From Setoptus koraiensis (taxonomy: Eukaryota; Animalia; Arthropoda), in NCBI GenBank assembly GCA_048013815.1, contig CM106585.1, positions 17,422,001-17,486,000 of the forward strand: DNA of 64,000 nucleotides. Direction: 5' to 3'. A program made the position numbers and the translations under genes. Every line of letters begins with the position of its first letter. Positions within the stretch are counted from its first letter, which is position 1. Positions 40,878 through 51,221 of this stretch are shown piece by piece. A model generated the notes under the pieces. The model saw only the letters and a program-made list of their open reading frames with translations. It did not search any database and was not told the origin of the DNA.

Positions 40878-40976
40878 ACAGTCGACATTCCGACAGTTGA
40901 CATTCCGACAGCTGACTCAACGACAGCCGACTCAACGACAGCTGACTCGATGACAGCCGACTCGATGACAGCTGAC
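40878..40976. repeat. 15-bp tandem repeat with stepwise drift, about 7 copies
   Basis: ACAGTCGACATTCCG changes progressively to ACAGCTGACTCGATG. Confidence 0.85.
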
Positions 40977-41520
40977 AAAATGATGGACGCAGGATGACAC
41001 GGTGTGGTTGGCATCATCATAATGTTTGTGTGCGCTAATTGTCATTACGTTTGTCGTCGTCGTCGTCACCATCAGCTGGCGACTAGCAACAGGTAGTGTG
41101 AGTGGCGGCATTAGGGACAAGTTCAAGTTCATTAGTTACACACTTACAAACAAGTTGTCGTGGCCAGATTGGCTGCAACAGATAGCATGCGCCGAAGTAT
41201 CGATTTGCGATTGTCAGATGCCCATGTCGACAGAGAGATGCGTTGACATAGATTCAAATACTAGTAGCATGACAGTGCTGAGGTAAACGCCGGCAAACAC
41301 ACACACACAGACGAACGTCTAATTAGTCTCATTGTCGGTGCGAAAAATCTCAAGTCTCGTATGTCGACTAATCAACTCGAGTCTCATGCCAACTAATCAA
41401 CTCAAGTCTCATATCAACTAATGCTCAATATTTCTGTTTATTTACAATTGATACAAACAACAACAACACACTCGATGACATGAACACTGACAACAATACC
41501 AATTTATTTGATGTGACCAG

Positions 41521-42436
41521 TGATTCGTCGAGCCCCAATCTCCAGCAGCAGACCCTTTGTCAACAGTCAAGTGAGCGGCAAGAGTTTGTTGAATTGTCAA
41601 ACAGTTCAGACACGCCACAACAACAGGTGAATCAAGCGCAAACACAAACAAATCAAACACAAACAAACCAAACACAAACAAACCAAGACAGAAGAAGCGA
41701 ACAAGAGGAATCGCTCGAAATGGAGGCCGACCAATGGGTGTCCACCATTAAAAACAAACAATTACTATCCGAGATGGAGGACAGTGACATTCAACGTCAA
41801 GAGATTATCTATGAGTTGATACAAACAGAGAAGCATCATTGTTCCACATTGGAGATTATGAAAAAGATTTACAGCGATGGCATCAGGCATCACATGAAAC
41901 TAACACCGTCACCCGCAGCAGCAATACATCAGACAACAACAACAACAGCAACAGCAACAGCCGCCCCAACCACTGCAACAGCAGTGCCCCTAGTGATCAA
42001 CAACCAAACTACCTCAACAACAACAAGTGATACAACAACAACAACAACAACTGACACCACAAGTATCGATGTGTCAAGATTGTTTCCCTGTCTAGACGAT
42101 CTCATTTCCGTGCACGAGACATTTTTGCAGCAATTGCGCGACCGTTACCGTTCGGCAAGATCGCAGCCGGCAGCCGCATCAAAGCAGCACTGTGCATCCG
42201 CAGATTGCCAGCGATTGCATCATGCTAATCATGGCAACACTTATGGCGTAATAAGGCATATTGGTGACATTTTGTTGCGACAATTCAGCTTGCAATTGCA
42301 GCCAGCCGACAACGACAATCAACAACAGCGACATGACGCATCGATTGGCAAGATCGAGCAAAGGTTCGCGTGCAATGCCAACCAGCAACAACATTGCACT
42401 TGTCATACCAATACAAGGGACCAACAACAACAACAA

Positions 42437-42468
<32 letters not shown>

Positions 42469-42589
42469 GTTGGCGCCGGGTACAAAGCTCAGGCTGCTTT
42501 ACGGTCAATTTTGTGGCCAACATTATGACGCAATACAATATTACAAGCGTCTAATGAAGAGCGACAAGCGATTTCAGCGTTTCATTGAG
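41521..42589 (+). CDS. ARHGEF18: RhoGEF exon 5: N-terminal part of the DH domain
   Basis: QRQEIIYELIQTEKHHCSTLEIMKKIY, LFPCLDDLISVHETFLQQL, IGDILLRQFS and YGQFCGQHYDAIQYYKRLMKSDKRFQRFIE match Lbc-family (ARHGEF2/18/28, AKAP13) DH motifs. Acceptor CCAG| in phase 2 and donor GAG|GTGAGT in phase 0. Confidence 0.9.
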
Positions 42590-42814
42590 GTGAGTTGTCT
42601 TGGAATAATTATAATAATACGAGCATTAGTATAATAAATTGTTGTTGTTGTTGTTGCTGCTGCTGTTGCGTAAACTGCAATTGGCCAGCCGGCAACAGCC
42701 ATGAAACGAGCATGAGACGAACATGAAACCGACTAGTTGCCCGCCATAACTGTCTCTAGACTGTTGACCACTCTAGATGGCGACCGACAAAACGCTGACC
42801 ACTGCCTAATCACT

Positions 42815-42858
42815 CACTAATCATCGTTAAAATCTTTTTTATTTTTGTTTATTTTGTC
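42815..42858 (+). promoter_or_regulatory. Candidate distant branch point (CACTAAT) plus U-rich tract for the 43232 acceptor
   Basis: CTAAT is followed by a T-rich tract, with no AG between 42777 and 43229. Confidence 0.55.
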
Positions 42859-43231
42859 TAATGCCTACTTACTCACTTAATGGCCACACAACAAAAACAA
42901 CATGCTGCAAACTACAAACTGCACACTAACCAACAACAAACAACCAACAACCAACAACCCGCTTACGTAACATGCGCTGGCGTGCGCTAATTAAATGATG
43001 ACCGACGCTCCTATGGCCCAATGCACGACTCATGTACGAATAATGTGCGGATAATACTATACCAATAATATACCAATAATATCGCCGACTTAAACCGACT
43101 CAACTCCAACTGCTGGCCACTGCTCAAAACTGAATATTCAAATCGCTCATCATGTTTTACTGGACTCATGTTGCGCAATGCCGGCAATGCACTAATCAAT
43201 GCACCATTTCGACGCAATCAATCGCGCGCAG

Positions 43232-43352
43232 AACTGCAACCAACACTATCCCATTTGCAAGACCAAAGGAATACCCGAGTGCATTCTGTTGGTCACCCAA
43301 CGCCTAACAAAATATCCGCTTCTCATCGAGCAGTTGGTCAAGGTCACCAAAG
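43232..43352 (+). CDS. ARHGEF18: RhoGEF exon 6: DH domain CR3 region
   Basis: KGIPECILLVTQRLTKYPLL is the hallmark Lbc-family DH motif. GCAG| in phase 0 to AAG|GTGAGC in phase 1. Confidence 0.92.
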
Positions 43353-44489
43353 GTGAGCATTCAATCGGCAACCCTTTTGTCCGCTCCATCGTCTCAGTAG
43401 TCGCTCATTCAATAGTTTCCGGTTGAGATGGGGAGATTTTTGGAGAATCTGCGTGCTTCTTTCAATTCAATATTTTATAGTGTCGGCCCATAGTCTGGTC
43501 TCGTCTTGGCGCCTGAGCCGGACGAGCGATTGCCCGGAGCTGCTATTTGTTTAGCGGCGGTTTGTTGCTGCTATCGCGCCGGTTGGGCTATTAGCGGCTT
43601 GATTGATGGCCGGGCAAGCCGCATCGTCGTGATCATTAGTGCAATTGGACAGCGACCAACACACAAAAAAGTTTTCTTCGCAAAATATTGTTTGTTGTGA
43701 ACAGTGTGCGCCGTTGTGATAATGACGCCTCTCCTCTATAAATCGCAACATCGCAATATCGCATTAGATGGATGCAGCAACATGTGTTATTATGCAACTT
43801 GCACCTTGCTGTTGGTCATCGTCATCACGCCACTCATCTGACCGTCGCAGGGCAATATCAATTGGCCATAACGGTTCATTAGATCTGTCGGGCGTGCACA
43901 TTGTGTCTGCTTTATACAAATGCTGCTTCATACAGCAATAGTAATGTGCCAGCAATAGTAAGTTACAATGGCATGACAGACGCTGCATTGGCTGCATCCG
44001 TCAAAACAAGCTCACCTGTGCTGTTGGCCCGGCTCGGTCAGCTGACCCATCAGCTGACACCGACCATCATCTGACAGATGGTTCAACAAAGGTGAAGGTC
44101 AACACACACTTACAGCTGATGTGTTCGCATATTCATTTGAGAGCTTCCCTCAATCTAATGAGCTTATTTAGTATCGCTAATGAGTGTTGCGTGATGCAAT
44201 TTGCAGTTGTAGCAGCGTTAGTGCTTGCACTAGTAATAGTAGAGGTAAATTGACTAGTGGCGGCAGCACTAGTGCCAGTGTGTTACGTCCGTCACCTGCG
44301 GCGCCCAATTGCTTCTATTTGATGCTGCGCTCGCCATATTCCTCACCTGTGCTATGCGCTGTCGTGTTGCGCAAGAATGTGTTGCTGTTGTTGCTGTTAG
44401 GTAATTTTGTGCGAGCGAGTAACTTTATTATTATTTCACTATTACTTCCTTGATGCAACGACAACAGCAACAACGACAGCAACAACAGC

Positions 44490-44523
<34 letters not shown>

Positions 44524-45093
44524 ACAGCAACAACAACGACAACAACAACAACAGTGCAACCACGACACGACGTCGATGGCATGCAAGGTGATTATGGCAT
44601 AAGTTACGTAATTTGTTGGTTGGTCAGAAGTGCAGCCAACCGCTGACCGCTCTTGCATCATCTGGCACAACTGGCTGTATCAGCTGTTGTTGAGCAACAA
44701 TGACCTTCGGCTGGCACTGTCAGACAGTGTGCGTGTGTGTCCACCCTTAGGGCACCCATTGGGCAGTCATCTGTCATCAGCTTGTTTTGGGGCTTATCTA
44801 TCGGGCATTATTTCTCACATCTGTCCTCATGAATGCCAGCGCTGTTTTGCTGTCATGTCATGTCTCGTCATGTCATGTCTCATCTCATCTCGACATGCCG
44901 ACTTGTGCTGTCATGTTGCGTCATGTCATTTTTGCTGTCTTGTCATGTTTGTGTGTGTGTGTTGTCTTTGTGTCCATTTGCGTGCTCGCATCATTAGCCG
45001 CCAGTGTCGCCCGCTCTTAACTGTAGCGGCTCGTCTCTCTTTCGTTCACCCCAACAACCTGTTATTAATGCTGTTCATCAATTTTATCAATGT

Positions 45094-45144
45094 TACTAAT
45101 GCCCCATTGTCCCTCTCTGCCCCCGCTTCCTCTTGTGTCTGCCC
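45094..45144 (+). promoter_or_regulatory. Candidate distant branch point (TACTAAT) plus pyrimidine tract for the 45294 acceptor
   Basis: TACTAAT is followed by a C/T-rich tract about 195 nt upstream of the AG; AG-free from 45027 to 45291. Confidence 0.6.
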
Positions 45145-45293
45145 GATATTCAATGTGCAATGTCCCAAAACGACACGCTCAAAATACCCCAACACCAACT
45201 ACCGGTGCTCAAACTGGCTTCGAAACTGGCATTGAAACTGGCATTGGAACTGGCATTGAAACTCGGGCAAACCAATCATCGCCACAACATCAG

Positions 45294-48200
45294 ATAATCC
45301 CGAGGAGGAGCGCACACTGCGGTTAGCTTTAAGCCAGTGCAAGACCTTGTTGCAACAACTCAACGAGGACCTCAATCAACGCGAACAAAATCTCAGATAT
45401 TGGGACATCATCAACAGGATAGACGAGCGCTCTTTCACAATGTACAACGGTCAACGCTTTACGAAACATCATTTGTTGTTGCCAATCAATGGCACTTTTA
45501 ATCTTGTCAACTTGGCTAAAAACGGCGACAACAGCGCCAAATTGGCGCCCACAACAAACGCAACAACAAACAATTGCACTTGTTGTCAGCATATGCTGCC
45601 GGCCAGAGTGTTGGTTTACGAGGACAATCAATTGAAATGTTGGTCGGCGCAGCGACGAAAACTTGTCGATGTCATATGTTTAGTATTGTCTGACATGGTT
45701 GTATTTTTGCAAAAATCAGACCAATCATCGTCGCACACAGCCGCTGCTGTCACTAGTGTCAATAATCATTCATTAACTGCTGCTGGCTCATCAAATAACC
45801 ATCATCATCATTCAAGTGGCGATTTGGTTGGATTATTGCATCATCATCATCATCATAACAACAACAACAACAACAAAAACAAAATGCAGCAACTGTCAAA
45901 TTGTCCCGCTCACAGCCACGGCCGGCACTGTCATCATGGCGACAGGTGGTCGGCGCCAGCGTGCAGCTATCACTATTCAACAATGGGACTGTTGGGTATA
46001 GCTGCAAACGTCACTGGTCAGTCTGTGTCGATGGCGGCCGCGCTGCAGGGCAACACAAACACTCGTTATCAGTTTGCCTCGATAGATCAAAAATCGGCCA
46101 TTATATCATTGGAGAAATTGCTCATTAGAGAGAAGGCACAAAGCGGTGGTCTGATAACAAGCTCGGCCGCTGTTACGCAACAAACTGACAATTCACACGC
46201 GGCTCACAACAGCGGCTCGGCTCTAAATGCTTCAAGTTGCGCAATTCTCAGTTTGACCAAAGCAACCACGACAGCAACACAACAATCGATCACCACGGCA
46301 ACATCGGCCACAAACTCGGCGTCGTCGTCGTCATCGTCAAGCTCGTCGTCGTCGTCATCGGCGGCCATTGGCAGCAGCCTAAATAACTCGTTGGCGGCCA
46401 TCGGCACGCAAGCAGCCAATGCAATAACAGCAAACAACAGCACATCTAATCAATTTAACAGCAACTGTGATAATGCCAACAGTCTCATTAGGCCCAGATT
46501 GTATCTCATCTCTAGTAATCCAAAGCAACCGGAAATGTATGAGTTGTCCTGTTTGAATTACAAGCACCAGCAGCAGTTCATTGAGCGCCTCAAGCAGGCC
46601 ATTGATGAATATCTGCGCCAGGACGACTTGTTGCACAATATGGCCTGCGACGACTATTACAGTAGCGACGAATCGTGCCAACACTCCAATCGAGATGCTG
46701 ATGAGGATGACGACGACAGTGATGACCATGATGTTGATGTTGACGGCGACGAAGACGATGAAGATGAAGATGATGATGAAGACGACGACGAGCATGATCG
46801 GCGCATTTATCGCCTCAACAATAGCGCTCAGTTGAGTTCGGCGGCGCAAGATGGCGCCGGCAAAGTTGCATTGACCAAGTTCAAAAACAAATTGATGAGC
46901 AATTACAGTTTTGATTTAGCGGCAACAAGTGGCCATGATCAGTTTGACAGCAAACAAACTGGCACAAGTTTCAACAAAAAAACCTGTGTCAGTAGATCGG
47001 CCTCTAGTGCCATTAGCGAACAGCAGCAGCAGCAGCAACAACAACAACAACGCAGTGCAACACGCCTGAAACGACAACGAACTAGCGACGCAGACGCCGG
47101 ACTGACCGGAAGTGGCGCCCAAAAACAGGTTCAACAACAACAGCAACAGCTGCTGCAGAGAAATGCAGTGTTCAAGCATCATGACGAGGATGAATTCGAC
47201 AGTGGGCACTGTCAAGAGAACGGATATTGTTTGTCGTCTAGTAGTAGCAGTAGCAGTAGCAGTGGACGTAGCGAGAGCAGTACGAGCACAAGTAGCGGCA
47301 TGTCGGCACCCTCAACAGCCTCTTCCTCTTTGGACAGAAGATGGACAGCAACAACAACAACTACTACCACATCATCAACAACAACAACCACGTCAGTAGA
47401 GGCAGCGAAGACCGGAAGTGGACAAGCTGCCTGCAACAGGGCTGCCGCTCAGCATGTGCTGCAGCAATTGGTGGAGAAGGATAAAATGATTAGTGAGCTG
47501 TGCGATCAAAAGAATGAACTGTATAAAATGATATTGCCAGTGAGAGTTGATGACAACAACGAGCCAGTTGATGACACTTTCACCTCATCAGCTGCTGCTG
47601 CTGCTGCTGCCGCCAATTTGCAGTTGTTGCAAAATGACGACAACTCACAACAACAACAAGAGTTATGTAATAGCAGCAACATGGCAAGCAGCCTTGCCAA
47701 TGTTAAGGAGCCCTTCTATGTGGCTAGCGAAAAGGCACAGCAATTAATGCATTGCTTACGCAATCAATTTCTCTATTATAGTCACACTGGTCACTTGGCC
47801 GCAGCAACGCCACCTAGGGCCACTCATCAAGTGAGTAGATCTCGCAGTAGCGCGTCACCCTGGGACAGGTTCTATACGCCTGTTGCTTGTTGTCAGCAGA
47901 GCAACGGTGACACAACTAAAACACCTGTCACTAGCAGAGTGCAACAGCAGCAATTAATTGGCAATAAAGAATTGATTAATAAAGACCAAGCCGAGGCAAC
48001 AACAACAACAACAACCACAACGACAACATCATCCTCCAGACAACAGCAACAGTCGTCGATGGCGGTGGCCAGTTCGTTGCCTAAGCGAGCCATTACGTTC
48101 AGTGGGCAGCGTAGTTGCGACAACAGCGGCAAACAGTCATTGCGCCAAGCAACACAATCCAAATTAGAATCGAGTGATCAATTGCCATTGTGTGTAATTC

Positions 48201-48854
48201 CCGCCAATAAAACAAACAATCTAATGAGTACGCTCATGTTGATCAACAAGTGCACTAATGTCACCAGCAATAGCACTAGCAACATCAACAAACACAAGCA
48301 AACAACTGATCACACTAATCATCACAATAACTGTAAGATGACCACCAAACATACTACCAAAGTGGCCGCAATTTTGCCCGATGCAAATTATGATAATGGC
48401 AACAGTAGCTTGGTGTCATCGTCTAGTCAGCAGCAGTTGCCAGCGAGCACAGGTGAGCTCAAGAATAGACGTAGATCTAAGACGCATTCGGGTGCCGTAT
48501 TGTTTGGCGGAGCAGATGTCACAACAACGGCTGATAACAGCAGCTCGGGTGCCAACAATACCAGCGCCGGTGGTTGTGTTGTCAACAAACTGATAGAGGC
48601 CGCCGCTGGCAAATGTACATTTGGACAAAAAATGATTCGCAAGTTCGACTTGATAGTCAACAACAGCAAGACGACGACAACAACGGCGCCCAATGGCGAC
48701 TTAACAAGTAGCGCTCAACCGGCCAAGTCATCTAAAGTCAAGAGTGTTGCCTCACGATTGCGTAAGAATCAGTCTAGATCATCGTCGAGTTTGTGTCTTG
48801 ACAAAGTTGCAGCCGCGGCTGGCACGCCACCTATCAATCACCAACAGCAGCAGC

Positions 48855-48885
<31 letters not shown>

Positions 48886-49696
48886 GAAACAAACTTGTAA
48901 CGAGCTGATGAAACAGCCAGAGATGACAGACAACAATGTTGCTGTCATCAACAGCCAACAACAACAGCCAAGGACAGCAACAGCCAAAGTTGAAGATGAC
49001 ATAACGGAAATGAGCGACGACAAAATGATTGAGGTCATGTTCAAATTGGACCATTACATAAACATTATGCTGATCAACTACGAGCGCCAGCGTACTCAAT
49101 ACCATCAATTGAGAAAGAGCAATCAATCAGCAATGGCGCCGCCGCCACCAGTCAAACAACAGCAACAGCCAGTTACAGGCAATAAACAACAATCAAAACT
49201 GAAAAACAATTGCCGCAAACTGTCCAGTGTCTCCACTATTACTACGGCTAGCTCGGCAACAACATCAACGCGCCATAATAATAATAAAGCCACAATCAAT
49301 CACAATAACGCCACCACCGCTAATAATCAACGTTTACGAAGGACAACTTATAGGCCAGAGCAAAAGCTCGAAGAATTGCGAGATATTCAATTGAGATTGG
49401 ACAAAGACAAGGAGGAATGGAATATAAAATATCAGGCAATGCAAGAGGAATTGTTTAGAGAACGCAAACAATTGGATGATATGCGTGATAAGTTGAAAAA
49501 TGAACGAGCCGAGATTCGCGAAGAACGCGAACAATTGTACAGAAAGTTGGACCTACTAAAAGATAACGGTATTTTGTTGTCGCCATCGCATACACTAATT
49601 ACAACTACACCATTGTTGCCCAGGCCGCCCGGTGGAGGTATCCTCTACAACAATTATCGTCAGAAGGCTAACCAGCCCTTCATTCACATTCTATAG
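45294..49696 (+). CDS. ARHGEF18: RhoGEF terminal exon: DH end, split PH domain, long disordered region, C-terminal coiled coil
   Basis: Phase-1 acceptor ATCAG|. PH motifs DVICLVLSDMVVFLQK, YQFASIDQKSAIISLEKLLIRE and LYLISSNPKQPEMYEL. The coiled coil EQKLEELRDIQ...LYRKLDLL resembles arthropod Cysts/p114RhoGEF. Orthology within the Lbc family is inferred. Confidence 0.9.
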
Positions 49697-50015
49697 AGCA
49701 AACCAGCAACGCAATAATTACTGCACCCAAATCAAACAAACTATTTTCAATTGACTTGATTTAGTTTTGACAAACAAAAAACTCTAGATCGTCCATCATG
49801 TAGGCTTCTAGTGTGATCAAATCAATGTCAGATCGATCAGTTCAATATTGTAGTTTTAAAGAGGCCTCCATTTTATTATTATTTTTCTGAAATGTATATT
49901 TGTGACACTTGTAAAATTTGTCAATTTGTTTATAATACAATCTTATATTAGCTACCACTAGCTTAATAATCATTTTATCCCTACACATTTGAATACCAGT
50001 GATCATAATGATTAG

Positions 50016-50021
50016 AATAAA
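50016..50021 (+). terminator. Candidate polyadenylation signal of the RhoGEF (AATAAA)
   Basis: First AATAAA I noticed, about 320 nt after the stop codon in an AT-rich 3' UTR. Confidence 0.5.
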
Positions 50022-51015
50022 TAGAGTTTTATCTCATGTTTAAGCCATCACATAACATGTGTTAATGAATTATTATACCCATTACAACAAGTCAGTGAAT
50101 TATTCACAAATCCTCTTGTCTGTTTATGCTACCTCATAGACTTTATACAACTTTCAGGTAGGATGACTTCTTTTTTTTTCTGATAGCTCGTTATATCGTT
50201 GATCCACTATATCCCTACCCGATTGGAACATATCGTTCTCTGGCGTGTCGCAATGAGCTATGATTGATTATTTCGAGAAGAAAATACCATTTGGCATACT
50301 ATTTGATCGCGTGAGAGATACACGGGAAACGAAATGCTTGTCCCTCAGACAGTCGGAAAACATTTATCTAATGATACATGTCCAACTGAATCTCCATACG
50401 AACTATATTAAACAATTTTTAGTACAATTCAAGGGTATGGTTTGAATATCTGTGGATTTCTCAGGTGGTCTTCCTGGCAGACAACCAGATAATTCTTTTG
50501 AAATTCACTGTCGTGTCACATATTCATGGTGCACTTGAGATAATAACTAACAACTACTGATAGCCTTAATTGTCGATTCTGATTATCAATCATATCGCCT
50601 CTACGCAATTCAGTGGTTAGCAAGTCGGTCGTTCTGTAGTTAAATAAGAGCCTACAGCAAATTAGCGGTCTTTCGGCACTGTTTTCTTCCTCTCCTATCA
50701 AATAGCTTTCAGACTATGACCATGTGATTTGGAATGAGGTCCAAGTATCGAATTAGATTACTAACTAGAGAACATGAGTAGAATCTTGCCCCAACTGGTT
50801 CGAGCTCAAAACTTTCCAATCTCCATCCTTGATTCACTTGATGATGCCTCACACCGATAAATTCTTCTGACATTTTTAGCATCAATTTTGGAACTGTCTA
50901 TCCTGGATAAACGAAATCCGTTTTAACCAGAGCATAATGCAATCTTCCTCCTGTATCTGCCTATCTGACGGAATACCCCGGATAGTTGGGAGCGTGCCCA
51001 ACCGCGCCACCTTTG

Positions 51016-51024
51016 CCCCGCCCC
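51016..51024. promoter_or_regulatory. GC box (CCCCGCCCC) in the probable Vps34 promoter
   Basis: Short GC-rich patch about 200 bp upstream of the Vps34 ATG in otherwise AT-rich DNA. Confidence 0.35.
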
Positions 51025-51221
51025 CGTGGTTAAAACAGCAGTGCAAGGTCTTGTTTACAAAGTGAAGTGAAGCAAGAAAACAAAAACAAAAAATAGTAAT
51101 AATTGATGTTTGCTAGTACATTGCTAAAATTGTATTGTATCAGCATATTATTATCATTAATATCACTATTATTTTATTATTATCAGCATCAGTCTATCGC
51201 AATACTCAAGAGTCTTCAACA

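Noticed and set aside
50100-50950. Coding-like composition between the RhoGEF and Vps34
   Set aside because: All frames on both strands are interrupted by stops and I recognise no motif, so I cannot support a gene or pseudogene call.
51135-51221. N-terminal extension of the Vps34 ORF in the ORF track
   Set aside because: It starts at a TTG, is AT-rich and Ile-rich, and contains an acceptor-like TTATCAG. Homology begins at ATG 51222, so this is probably 5' UTR or intron.
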